A stretch of DNA of 57,632 nucleotides, taken from Chara braunii. Its lineage: Eukaryota; Plantae; Charophyceae. The stretch is from the NCBI GenBank assembly GCA_003427395.1, contig BFEA01000008.1, positions 6,804,243 through 6,861,874 on the forward strand. Direction: 5' to 3'. The translations under genes were made by a program, and so were the position numbers. The stretch's first letter is position 1. Each line of letters begins with the position of its first letter. This document shows, piece after piece, positions 13,451 to 26,200 of the stretch. Below the pieces are notes generated by a model, which saw only the letters and a list, made by a program, of their open reading frames with translations, did not search any database and was not told where the DNA came from.

Positions 13451-14852
13451 TGAAGGCAAATAAACTCACGCCGGCAAAGAAACAACGAGCGATTTCGGTC
13501 CAAAGGGCATTTTCTTTTTTTCTTGTTTCCCCCTCTCACTCCACTACCGACCCCGTAAACATGACACCTGGTCTAACACCACGACCGTCCCTAGTTCGTT
13601 TTTGCCCATTTGATAGTGACATGAACGTACTCACCCCTCCTTTTTTTGCCTGTAAGAAGGCTGGGACCCCAATGCAGTGTGGATGGAAAAGACGTTTGGC
13701 CACGAAAAGGGGGGAAGTCATTTTGGAAGTGGGAAAGTATTTTTTCCAGGACCCCATAGCAGAGTACGCTTTGCGGCAAAGCATTTTTTTTTTTCCCCCC
13801 ATAAGAGGAAAGGTCCATGGGTAGTGGCCGAAAAAGGAAAGTGCTGGGTTGTCCAGGAGGCCGTGCCCATGGTGTGGGTTGTGGTGCCCATGGTGTGGGT
13901 TGTGGTTGACACAGGGCGGACGATGCATGTGCGGACACTCGATGGTCCGACAAGGGGACCTGTCCTTGGAAAACCCACAGCCATCCTCTGCTTTCAGCAC
14001 AATTTCATGGCGGAATTTCCTCCCCTCAGCCTTTTCCAGCTCACAGATGATGTGGAAACGTCGAAACACCATCTTCCAGGCCACAAAATGCGGGCTGTGG
14101 CCTGTGGGGTCCGGGAAAACAGTTTTTGAAGACATTTCGGCTTTTCCAAAACCTTTTCAGCAAGGTGTGGGGACCTAAAACACTTCCACGGCAAACTTTT
14201 TCCTTTCCGCATTCCTGTGGGGTCCCAGCCTAAGGGGGTAGCCTCTACTCTTGGGAGGGTGCAACAATCCCAAAGATTCAGGCTTTGCGATCCCCCATGT
14301 TCCCCTTTCTGTTGGTGGGGAGCTGCGTCTGAGTCAGTCAGGATTCGACCTCATGATCTGTTTATCCACTGTTACATGTTTGTACCACTCAGCCATGACA
14401 GTCCGCCGCTGAGTAGAACGTAAGGTCAGTATCTCTGTACTTAGACAGAGAATTGCATCATATACAGCTATAGTGACCACATTCTCCATTTGGAAGGCCG
14501 TAGCTTTTAGTACGGTTCTGCAGTCTCAATCTTGGGAAATCACACAGATCATTACGGGCCACATAGGCCATTTGTGGGCCCGTCAGCGCCCACAGGGGGG
14601 CATCCCATTAGGCAGGCCTCCACTGGGGTGCTCTCGGTTTAGGGCGTCTCACATGGACTATTTATATCTGGCATCACCTATCGTAGGGTGAGCGGAGGGA
14701 AAAAGAGAGTGTCATGGCCCTCCATGGCAATGGCACTCGTCAGCTTCCTATGCTGCAGTCCTTTTTTCAAGATTCCTGCTGCCCTCACGAACTCCTACGG
14801 TTGTTTCGTTTTCTTTTTTTTTGCTAATTCGGATAGTCTGGCATCACCAAGG

Positions 14853-17390
14853 TTAGCATGTTCTCCTTATGTACCTGATACGTTCATCCGCGTCGTACAA
14901 GAGAACCGCACCGTAATAGCCGGCATAGTACTCGAAAGACTTCAGTCTAGGACTTGTGACACGGAGGTGCCCGAAGCCCCTGGGGAAGGGTATTTGACAA
15001 CGAGTGATTGGCGAGGTGTTCGAGCGAAGGACACAAATTTCCCAATCTATACAGGATCGCAGCACTAACTTGAGAGATTCCGGTCAATCTGAGGGAAACG
15101 AGACTGGTGCAGGTGCTGAGGAAAGCAAGAAATTCTTCCTGGAAATCGCCGAAAAGTGCTCTAGGGTCCGAAAAGAGGTGAAGACGGTGTAAGGACGGAC
15201 CGACGGAAGAGAGGCTGCGGAGGAAAGGGCCACAGGACTGCCAGGCGGGAAGACGAGGGTCATTCCGAGGGAAACAACGAATCCTCTCCTTTTTGTCCTC
15301 CAATCCCTCGTCCCCAAGTCTATTAAAATACAGATCTTTGAGCCTTCTTGACAGGACGCCCCGTCCCCACATCAATTCCATCCGCTCCACTCTCTCCTCA
15401 TCTACAAAGGGATCAAAGATGCGTAAACCCACCTCCTGGAGATGTTGATGATTCTGAAGAAGTACCTCTAAGCTCCTCAACGATGGCCCGCGAGGGTAGG
15501 CGCATGCTCCACTGACCTGAGACCCATAGAGCAGAAGCTTAACCAGTCCTAATGTGCGCGTTCCCCGGGCAAGAAAAGACAATGCGTAGTGTGTGACCCC
15601 GGTCTCGTCCAAACAGAGCTCGCGCAACTGCCGCCCAGCTTCGGCGGCCACAACACGTACTGACGAGTCAGTGACGTATTTGCAACGAGAGGCTACCAGA
15701 GTTTGCAAGTTAGTGCACGCCCGCACTGCTGCAATAATGCCCCAGTCGGAGACGCGCGTCCCGCTCACGTCGAGCTGTTCATCGTCGAAGTATAAGCTAT
15801 CTGTCACGCACAGTGATGTCAGGGTTCTTCGTCGTGTAGACTGGAAACAGAAAAAGGATGGGCTTAGCGACTGCGAGTCCTGGTCCCCCTTCAGCAAGGA
15901 ACTCTCCGCCAGAGACAAGGACGATAACAGAGGGCAAGAGCCATCTTGTAAAGCATCCGAAGCAGCAGGCCAAAACCCGCAGAGACTCAGGTTCCGCAGC
16001 TGATTGCAACCAGAAAGGACACGGACGGCCGAGTGACTATCCCTCATGTAAAAGTTTGCAGCACCTGTGGTAAGAGAGAGATCGGTTAATGCAGTGCATC
16101 CATGAACTAAGGCTGTCATCGAGCGCTCCGTGAAACAGCAGTTCCTATGCCACTTGTTGTTAGCGCTGAGGTTGTTAGCGCTGAGATGAAGTGTCTTCAA
16201 CCTCGGACAGTTCTTGGCAATGCTGACGATGGACAATTCGTCAAGAATGGGATGACTCAGAGTCAGCCAATCTCCATAAGTAGACGAGCTCCCGCCACTT
16301 TCGTCCTCTTCCTCTTGATCTTCCCGACCCTCCACCCCCTGCGCGTCACCTTCCACGCCCCGCTCTTCACTGTCAGGGGGGAAAACGGTAGGGGCGAGGC
16401 AACAGTCACGATCAGGAGGCAGCCAAATACTGAAGAATTTGTCGGTGGGGACAGGATCTTCGTCTTCCCCATAACCGTCCCTTTGGGCCTGCCGCTCTGT
16501 TTCCACTTCTTCATCTCCTCCTCCTCCTTCTCCTCCTCCATAGCTCGGCCCAGAAGCTTCATCACGCGGCCGCTCTCCTTCCCAGAGGCCTTCATCACGC
16601 GGCCGCTCTCCTTCCACTTCATTTCCTGCTCCTGCTGCATCGCTGCAATTTCCAGAATAGTCATGACCCTCTTCCCTTGGAGAATTACTGGAAACAAGTT
16701 CAGGAAGGAGAGGAGGACAAGGGGGAGGTAAAGGGCGAGGAAGAGGATGGTAAAGAGAGGGGGGGGTCGGATTCGCCCACGCGATGGGGAAGATGTCGAC
16801 GATAGATCTGAGCTGAGCATGGGAGTCGACATCCACCCCGAGTTCCAGAGAAGAATGAGCCCCATGTGGAGGAGAATGGTAAACCGGAGGAGGAACGCAT
16901 GAGGTGGACAGTATGAACGAGGCCGGTGGGGGAACGTTTCCTATCTTCAAGTGTTCCAATTGTGGACAAGATTTTAATAATCGGTTAACCCACCGACGGC
17001 GACGGCGACCAAACACAGACCAAAGTTCTAAGCGCTTGAGCCTCGTCTGCCCAGCACAAACAGCTATCACCGCCTCCATGGTTCAGAACTGTACGACCAA
17101 CGTCTCTATGTGACCTCTGCTTAGCTCGCCCACCTTCTTTAACATCGCATCCACACGACGCGTAATCGACTGACCACCGAAAATGATAAGCTTGTCCTCC
17201 AGATCCAAATATAGCAGAAGCCCTTGCCTGTCCACCCACTCCCTCATCTCGATCTCTCGAAAACATACCGGCCGCCGAGCCACCCTCAGCCACTGACGAC
17301 ATACGCAAGATGCAGTGAATATTCGCTCATTGAATGGAAGTTTCGTGAAAATTTCTCTAGCGCATCATCTCCCATCTCCCCAAGTTCCAT
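14853..17390 (-). pseudogene. Intronless F-box/leucine-rich-repeat protein gene with disablements
   Basis: ATG at 17390 gives MELGEMGDDALE. After a 1-nt frameshift it continues IFTKLPFNERIFTASCVCRQWLRVARRPVCF, an F-box motif. An in-frame TGA at 17083-17085 is followed by the 710-aa ORF with cysteine-containing LRRs (IAKNCPRLKTLHLS, LVHGCTALTDLSL, CTNLQTLVASRCKYVTDSSV, LCLDETGVT). A further LRR-like stretch (LRVTSPRLKSFEY) in a shifted frame runs to 14853. Confidence 0.8.
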
Positions 17391-17415
17391 TTTGACCCAA
17401 CCACTCTTCCTCACC

Positions 17416-17467
<52 letters not shown>

Positions 17468-18764
17468 TCTCTCTCTCTCTCTCNNNNNNNNNNNNNNNNN
17501 NNNNNNNNNNNNNNNNNNNNNNNNNNNNNNNNNNNNNNNNNNNNNNNNNNNNNNNNNNNNNNNNNNNNGGTGACTAGTGATAGAAAATTAGGATGTGCTG
17601 AGGAAAGTGCAATTTCAGTTTCCCCCCTTGCAAAAAACAACGCGCGTTCAGAGAAAGCGAGGCCGAAAACTTAAATTGCAGAAATGTCTCCCGCGAAATT
17701 TGTAGTCACAGATCCTCTCAATCACCACCTCCAAATCACCCTCGCCGGCGGACGTGAGTTCAATCAGGTAACATCCCGTTTTGATGATCCTGCCCCTGCT
17801 TGACACTGTTGACAGGATTGGATCTATCCCTCTTGCCGGCGCCCCTCTATCCTCTTCCCGCCCCGCATCACCATCGAATTGCGTCATTCAATCGACATCT
17901 AGATTTCAGAGTCGTCTCGACTACAGCCAGACCCAGCCGAGGTAGCAGACGCAAACAAACAGTTCATTACCGCAATGACAAGGACACAGGCCCCAGTGTG
18001 CACAAACCCTAAGCCGAAAAATGAGACTCGAAAGAAAAACAAAGCCCAAGTGACGACCAACAGGCCTAGCTCAGTGGGTACACCCATGAACTGTTGATCA
18101 GAATGAGATAATTCTGAATGACGTGGGGCCTGACAGTTCAATGATCAAATCACAAGGCTGTCGCCCTTTGAACAGAAGGGAAAGAAAGGCAACAGTCTTC
18201 TCTATTGACCTTCTGTCCTCTCTCCTAGCATTAGTTTTCACCGATGCCGTGCACTAGAACCGTTGAATCAAAGAATCGAATCGAATCGACGCGACTGATT
18301 TCCTATCATGCCGACGTGATATGTCCGAGAGTCGAGTTAGACACGCCCGTCGATGGAAAGCAAGAAAGCATAACACAACGAGAAGACGAAAGAAAATATC
18401 GCCAGAACATTTGGATATCGCACCAAACAGCAACGGCTCCTCTCGGAGGCGTTTGGGACCGTCAGCGATGACGGGCGGTAAGTAGAGAGTTCGCGTGTCA
18501 ATTTAGCGGCTACCGCTTCGTCGCCATAGCCAACGCTTGCGACAGCAACCTTCTCGCCGCCATAACCAACCCTCCCTGAGCCTGCGAGATCAGCGGCAAG
18601 GTTCTTCTCCGCCCCCCTTCGCGGCCGAGGTTGATTGACCTTACAGTTTCAGTGCAAAATTCGGCCTTAAAAAAAAACCGGTTAACCACGTGCGGATCAG
18701 AACAGAGCCGGGGCGTCGCCCCACGTGCCATAGAATAGTACAGTTAACTTCTTCTTCTGCTTCT

Positions 18765-18846
18765 TCTTTTTTTTTTTTCTTTTTTTTTTTTTGTTAAAAA
18801 CACGGGCCCAGTGCCAAAGGCTTATATTATCATAGAAACCAGAGGC

Positions 18847-18883
<37 letters not shown>

Positions 18884-19299
18884 ATAATAATAATAATAAT
18901 AATAATAATCATAGAAACCAGAGGCCGGGGTCCTCACAGTCTACCCGGAATAAAATCATCTGGGAGCGTTACCCAGTTTTGCTTACAGGGAGAAGCCCTG
19001 CAGGGGACCAACCCCTGGAAATGCAACATGGCAACATCGCAACAATGCAGAACATCAACTAAGTTGAAGAGTGGTTTCTATTCCCTACCTCTACGCAAAA
19101 GTAACTGAGTCCTGTCCGTAAGACCTCTCAGCCAAGAGGCTGTCTGAACTGCGTGGTCTGCTAGACTTACTGGCAGGATTCAAGATCTATGGGCTAATAA
19201 CTTCTGAGTTAACTTTTTGTTACAGCCCTTGTACTAGAGTACGTGCAGAACCTATACCTACAGAATTTTACAGTTTTAACTAATCCTATATCAACTCAA
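18765..19299 (-). mobile_element. 5'-truncated LINE 3' UTR (tail type B)
   Basis: Poly(T) at 18765-18792. The reverse complement of 18926-18948 (CCGGGTAGACTGTGAGGACCCCG) is identical to 51330-51352 in the 3' UTR of the + strand LINE, and CACTGGGCCC before the tail is also shared. Confidence 0.7.
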
Positions 19300-20407
19300 G
19301 CTGGGAACCGGGCCCAGAGTCCCATTTGCAGGCAAAACACTGAGGAAGATGAACTAAAGGACTCAGGAACCAAAAGGAGGACTTCCAACTAGTGTCCCTG
19401 GGAGTTATACCCAACTTTGCTTTGTTTTGCTACAGTGCGGGGAAATAAGAAGAGTTTATATTGGATTCTGAGTTAACCAAGGCGAGAGTACGGGTCTACC
19501 ATTGCTCCCAGGCTTGACCAGACTCTGTCTAGTGCCCCAAGTGTTCCAGAACCAGGCAGTTCCCTTTCTGGCTGAACCGCCCTTCGCCTTCCGGAACCAA
19601 TCTGCCCAAATGGATTGTCGACATGTAGCTCGGATTGTAGCCTTGAGTTGCACATTTACACATCGTTCTTGTCGAAAGTCGTGTGAGTTCTTTTATCCCC
19701 AGATGGTTGACATCAGAATGCCCCTGAAGGTTTGAGCCACGTAGCAGGCTGCTGAGTCACCCCTATTGGCAGTTGAAGGATACCATCAAGGATGAACTCG
19801 TCCGACCAATCAAAAGATGCCCAGGGAAGCTTTGACCAGTGTCTGCGCCACCAAGTCCAGATTCATTTTGAGAAAGGGCAATCCAACCAGAGATGTCTGT
19901 TGGTCTCCCATGCCCACTGACATCAAGCACAGCTTGCAGAAACATCCATGCCTCTTCCAACCAGGAAAGCAGCGGAGGCAATCACCAGCATAGATTGATG
20001 CCAAAGCAAACTCCCCAATTTAACTGAGGGTAAAACCTTGAGAAGTTGCCAATGCTTAACCTGTACTTCTTTCCCATATGCGATCAGTGCCTGTTCTTGC
20101 CTGTATTTGGTCAGAAGCTTGAAGGGGTTATTAGATGCCTGTTCTCTGAGAAGTCCTGCGCCAATTTTAGATGTGTAAAGAGGCATCGGGATTGCCACCT
20201 CGTGGGATCAAGTTTAAGATCAGAAAGAGAGGTACCTCTAAACTTCACTACAGGGTGAGCTACTCCATGTTGGTCTAGTTTCAAATCAACTTTACATTCC
20301 TCCAGCTGAAGGCTCTGGAAGGGAGAGCCCTCTGAGTCAAAACGGAGGGGCAGATCATCAGTCGCACTATTTTTTTTAAAAAAGCTATATTCTTCTCTCA
20401 ATTTCAC
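19300..20407 (-). mobile_element. L1/Tx1-type LINE 3' fragment (C-terminal CCHC/zf-RVT region)
   Basis: Reading through stops gives KLGSLLWHQ...SASCA*CQWAWETNRHLWLDCPFSK*IWTWW, the CX2C..ET..H...C motif of L1 ORF2. It ends in a truncated 3' motif at 19300-19323. Confidence 0.8.
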
Positions 20408-20870
20408 CTCACACTACCTACCTACCGCTACTCCTTCTTTTTTTATTTATTATTATTATTATTATTATTTTTTTAAGCCCAGGTTGTTGTCGAGGTGGGA
20501 TACTAGACCAATGACAGTTACCCACAGCACTCGGTCACTTGGTTGTCCAGCTGAATCCCTCTGAAGACCCCACCCACCCTTCCTCTTATCATTTTTACCC
20601 TGGCCCCAACCCCCCTGTCCTACCCTAGTGTTAACCACCCGGGACCATCACCCATTGCCATGTTGGCAGGGTGACCTGACCAGACAACAGTTGCAGGCAC
20701 CCGGGCTAGGCAGAGAGATCTAACCCCCCTGCTCAGCCCTAGTTGAAGCAGACGCCGTGCAAGCCCGATTGCACGGGGACTTCGGGAGCTAGGTATGAAC
20801 ATGCTACTACAGGTCTTCATGAGGGTGCACAGTGTTACGTTGTATTACTACTGTTGTGTTTTTTTATGGC

Positions 20871-22507
20871 AGAGAGCTGGGGATCCTCCGTTCCCTCGTA
20901 TATCCCTGGAGCCCGTTCCGGCCCCGCGGTAAGGTGCAGTATCTCCTGACACCCCTGACATCCTGAACTAAAGAACTGCTATGCCAGCCTCAACTCTATG
21001 CTACATACTAGGAGGATAGCCAACCCTGAGTCATGTGTGTATTGCAGTGTTGTGACGCCCAACCTCACGCCCAGCGCGACTTCCTGTTTCGGAGTGTTAG
21101 TGGGCCTGGAAGTGCGACAAGGGGTGTGCCAAGGATTTTTGGAAAGTGGCGGTGGAGTTCCAGGTCGGGACTGGAATCTCCTGTGTCAAGTTTCAGGGGT
21201 AGAAGTGCAAGTGGTTCCTCTAGCTCAGAGTTGGGGTGGGCGCCGTTCCTGCGGTCGGGGCCGGGAAAGAGCCGGGTCTACGAACGGGGTGTTGCGGGCG
21301 TCGCTGTGGGAATGCTCGTACCTCTGTCGTCCGACGCAGAACTCAGAGTCAGAGTCTGATGAGGAGGACGAGCTGGGTTCTCATCGTTCTCTCTAGGGAG
21401 GAGTCTGACACGTGGCCTCCGTCTGTTCGCACTCGTTGGGCTGCTGGCACTCGGGGCACGGAGGCCGGGGCCAGCATCAGGATATGGAGTTCTAGGGGGT
21501 AACTAGCAATTGGTGATACGGGACGACGATGTAATGGGGAGGGAAATTAGTCGTGATAGCGACGAAGCCTGGGGTGATAAAGTATTGCTGGTGTCTACTG
21601 TCGGGATACTCGGGAATTCGGGAGTCCCGGTTGATTGCCAACTGGAAATCGCCCCTACACAGTCGCTCGTGTTCAGTTCAGCAGGGGTAAGCAAGGTTCC
21701 GCAAGTTTTGTTGTCGTCTGATCCGTTGCTGTCGGACTTGTTGTCGTCGGATCTGTTCCCTTTCCCAATATGTCTTGTTCTCGGGATCTCTCAGGCTTTC
21801 GCAGTCGGTAATCCAAAAAGGAGTTTCGATCGCCGTATCCGGATCAACGGGACTCGCTCACACACATCATTCCTACGTGGCGGGATCGTAACTAGCCCCT
21901 GCATGCATGCGTGTAGATGGCAAATCCGTTGATGGATTGCTGTCTTCCACGCACGTACACACTGGCCAACTAGTTAAGTCCTAAGCTGCGCGTCCTAATG
22001 GCGGAGCGATCTATTGGCACACTGGTCCGATTAAGCATGCAACCTCGTTCCCAGAACAACCCCTCCCTCGTTATACTTTTATGCATCAGAGGAAAGGGTC
22101 ATTAAACATTCGAAGAGCAGACATACATTCCCAGTAAATCCTGTAATCTCTTACACAGGTCGAACGCAAGTGATTGGGCTAATCCCGCGCACTGAGCGCA
22201 CCGACCAGACCTGAGAGAACTCAGACGCGTAGATCGATACATGCACCGCGATGCCGAATGTCGAAAAAGCGTCGAAGTTGAAACCACACTAATCTATTGA
22301 ACAAAACAAAATGGAAAAGCAAAGACAACTTGCGAGAAAGAATGCGAGATGTTTCGTCACCATACATACATACATGCATTCCGACAAAGAGATATGAAAA
22401 GATTCACAAAGGAAATCCGAAAAGTGCCGCAACAAAATTGGCCAACGTTGGGCTCAAAATTTATATAGAAGGGAAGGAGGAAAAGACGTCGTTCCACCAT
22501 ATCCCTC

Positions 22508-22568
<61 letters not shown>

Positions 22569-22663
22569 NNNNNNNNNNNNNNNNNNNNNNNNNNNNNNNN
22601 NNNNNNNNNNNNNNNNNNNNNNNNNNNNNNNNNNNNNNNNNNNNNNNNNNNNNNNNNNNNNNN

Positions 22664-22725
<62 letters not shown>

Positions 22726-24370
22726 AGCCAGTCCATCACCGCGCATCCCAAAGACCTCACAGAGTCATCACCCCGCTTAGCCTGAGCGTGCAAGCCAGGT
22801 TCGCCCACGTGCCACAGTCCCTCGCGGCCACGCGTCAACCCCGCGCACTCAGCACCGGCTCGTCAAATCGCCCAACTCTCTACTCACCGTCTTTCTGCAC
22901 GTTAGCCGATCCTTTCGACCGCGCTAACTCCCAAGTAGATTAGAGAGAAAATTAATGGCGCTTGCAGAATTTATAATCAGCACGCAATAGTCGGGATTGC
23001 CAGAGGAACAGGAAAGAAGGGAGAAAGGAAGTGCCTACGAGTGCATGACCGGGCCGCGGCGTGGGGGGCGTAGCCTCACTCCACGCTTCGATCCAACCAT
23101 GCAACGATCCGGCCAATGAGATAGGATGTAGAGTGCGCATGCAGTGACACGGGAAGGGAATTTCAAGAACGGGGAAGAATACAGTTACTCCTGCGTAGCG
23201 GGGAAGGAACAAGAAGAGATTACAATTGAGATTAGAATTTAGGCGCGACGGGAACAGAGCGCAGGTCCCTGTGCAGTAAAGCGCGCGCGCAAGCAAGAGG
23301 CAATGTGCAGTTACGGGCAAAAATTCCGACGCAACCAATTTCCTGGTCTAATTAAAGTCTTAATTACAAAAAGAAATTCTGAGAGTCCGCATGGGCTCGT
23401 TCTAAATTCAAAAATTCTGAAGGACTTACCTGCGCGATTATCGCGCCAAAAAAACGGACGCCTTATTTGAAAACAAAAGAAAAGAAAAGAAAAGAAAAAA
23501 AGGCCATAGCCGAAGTTGTTCCCCCCCCCCCGCGCTCGCTAAGGCGCGGGCCTACTGTCCCAAGGTCCATAACCGCCACTTTCTCGTCCCCGAAGGACCA
23601 AGGAGAAAACTTCGAAAAATCAAGAAGGAGGGATCGCCATGCATTTTATCCCCGATCCCTCTGTGTACCCCCAATCCCGGTTGCGCAGAAGATGGCGCCT
23701 TACAGAAAGTAGTTTGTCACAGTGTTCTATTGTATTGATGGTAGAGAGTTGGGAATCCTCTGTTCCATCGTATATCCCTAGAGCCCGTTCCAGCCCCGCG
23801 GTAAGGTGCAGTATCTCGTGACACCCCCGACATCCCGTACTAAGGAACTGCTATGCCAGCCTCAAGCCTAAGCTACGTACTAGGAGGATAGCCAACCCTA
23901 AGTCATGAATCATAAACTGCATCATGGACTGTGTATATTGACCCTGGAGGATCGTTGATAGTGACGATAGAGAGCTGGGGATCCTCTATTCCATTGTATA
24001 TCCCTGGAGCCCGTTCCGGCCCGCTGTAAGGTGCAGTATCTCCTACACCCCGACATCCCGTACTAAGGAACTGCTATGTCAGCCTCAAGCCCTAAGCTAC
24101 GTACCAGGAAGATAGCCAACCCTAAGTCATGAATCATGAACCGTATCATGGACTATGTGTATGGACCCCGAAGAATCGTTGATAGAGAGAGTTGGGGATC
24201 CTTTGTTCCCTCATATATCCCTGGAGCCCGTTCCGGCCCCGCGGTAAGGTGCAGTATCTCCTGACATCCCCGACATCCCGTACTACGAAACTGCTATGCC
24301 AGCCTCAACCCTTAAGCTACGTACTAGGAGGATAACCAACCCTAAGTCGTGGATCATGGAACCCTGTGTT
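20871..24370 (+). repeat. Tandem array of four ~220-bp units, split by a solo LTR
   Basis: Units begin AGAGAG(C/T)TGGG at 20871, 23743, 23969 and 24186 (periods 226 and 217). They share CCCGTTCC..GTAAGGTGCAGTATCTC..AACTGCTATG.CAGCCTCAA.. Confidence 0.9.
21051..23721. mobile_element. Solo LTR (~2.7 kb including a gap) inserted in the tandem array
   Basis: TGTGAC...GTCACA inverted termini with a 4-bp direct repeat GTGT at 21047-21050 and 23722-23725. Removing it restores the array. Confidence 0.7.
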
Positions 24371-24402
24371 GTATGATAAATTATGAGAGCTAGACAAACA
24401 CT

Positions 24403-26200
24403 GGCTCCAATCTATTCGTGGGGAGCAGCACGTGCTGGGAACCGGGCCCAACGTCCCATATGAAAGTTGACATATAATTTGAAAGAATTTTGAAAGAATT
24501 TTGAAAATTTAAGATCCCGGGGCTAAGAAAAATTTGATGTACTGAGAAAATCACTACAGAAGCTTCAAAATAGGCAAAATTCAGAAAACAACTCAGAGAC
24601 CCTCCCATCATATCCTCTTTACCTTACTCCGGCAAGACTTACAGCAGCACAGCCACCATCTCCACTGTTGCTGTACCCTATTTCCATCCTACGAGCTAGC
24701 CCCCTCACTAGTAGGACACTTGATATCCAACCATCTACTCATCCCACTCAACCTCGTTTTTGGAGAAATAGCCCCACAGAATAATCCTGCCTCCATCATC
24801 GAAGGGATGAAGCACAGACTGACCCAGGTGAAGTTAGCGGTCAGTGGCCGGTAACCGCCGAAATTTCAGCGCCAATCGCATCCACCATCAACTTCCTCCA
24901 TCCCGATCACCTCTGTCCTGCCCAACTCCGTCCTCGTGAAGAACTTCAGATGAACCTCTTCTCCGCGGGGGTCGAGCCCCATCATCACTCTGACATTCTT
25001 TGCCCCCACAAGAATCCCAGTCTCCGTCGTCGAGGTGGTGAACTAGCACTACCCAACGCCAATCGCACCAGAGTTCACTCTCATCAGCCGGTACCCATCA
25101 GACAACTTAAACTACCCGACGCCAATGGCATCTGATAAGAGGCCCCTGTAGTCGGTACCCATCGAGCAACCCTATTTCCTCCCCCCCTCCGTTCTTGTAA
25201 AGAATCATTTGATGCCCCTGACCCCTTACTTCAAAGCAGGTCCCCAAAAGCTCCACAAGATGCTCTGCTAGGTTTTTTTATGAGAAGGAATTGAGATGTC
25301 GGAGCCATTACCCGGCCTTGGCTACAAAACGACTTCTGACGAAAAAAATAGAAAAAAAATAGAAAACCAGCAAGCCCTGAAACAGACGACCTGAAAATCC
25401 CGCCTCCATCATCAAAGGGAAGGACCTTATTCGCCTTTCCAACTTCGTCATCGTAAGGAGCCCAGAGAATAACTTCTCATGAGCCCCCTATTCAGAATTC
25501 TGAGTAGAATTAGGTCAAATTAAAAAAAACATTATATCGACTCAAAAAAAGGAATTCAATTACAAAAAGAAAAATTAGATTTTTACGAGATATGTTATTT
25601 AAGAAAAAAAGATACGAGATAATACGAATTTAGAATTAGGTATTCAGAAATGATGTTCAAATTAGATTTTCAAACCTCTGCCATGGAAAAATTTGAAAAT
25701 AAAATTAAGGATAGATCAGAAATATTCGAAAAATTTTGAGAAAAGAATCAAGACTAGATCAAAAAAACACTAGACAAAAACGATTATGTAAATTGAGAAC
25801 TGAGAAATCCTTCGTTCAGATTACGACTCTTGCTCACAAGTATTAAGAGCCCTACACGAATTCCAAATTACATCCAAAAACCATCAGAGATATCATGAAT
25901 CACATTTAAACAAAACTAAAAAACAAAGAAGACAGCCACAACTCAAAAAAATTAGGGAAGAAACCATCAAAGATATCATGAATCACATTTAAACAAAACT
26001 AAAAAACAAAGAAGACAGCCACAACTCAAAAAAATCAGGGAAGAAACATGCCGAATTAGAAAATTCACGATTGACAGCAATTTCAGATTATAAGATAGCC
26101 GGGCTATGCGCGAGTTGAATCATAATCCAGATCCAATAGAGAACAGCCTCTTGTCCCTTCTACCTCAAACAAGCCACTTACCTCACACCCCTCAAATTGT
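24403..26200 (-). mobile_element. Non-coding element ending in the conserved 3' hairpin motif
   Basis: Motif at 24403-24457 on the minus strand, no credible ORF upstream, and an 83-bp tandem duplication near 25881-26046. No A-tail is visible at the junction with the array, and the 5' boundary is uncertain. Confidence 0.45.

Noticed and set aside
13536-14212. Overlapping 100-200 aa ORFs and a CACTA-like start
   Set aside because: No domain similarity and no matching opposite terminus found.
21357-21375. Hammerhead core CTGATGAG
   Set aside because: No GAAA partner or flanking stems; other CTGATGA hits lie in (GAT)n tracts or coding DNA.
23743-24370. CRISPR-like array
   Set aside because: Units are ~220 bp and homologous throughout, with no unique spacers and no cas genes, in a eukaryotic context.
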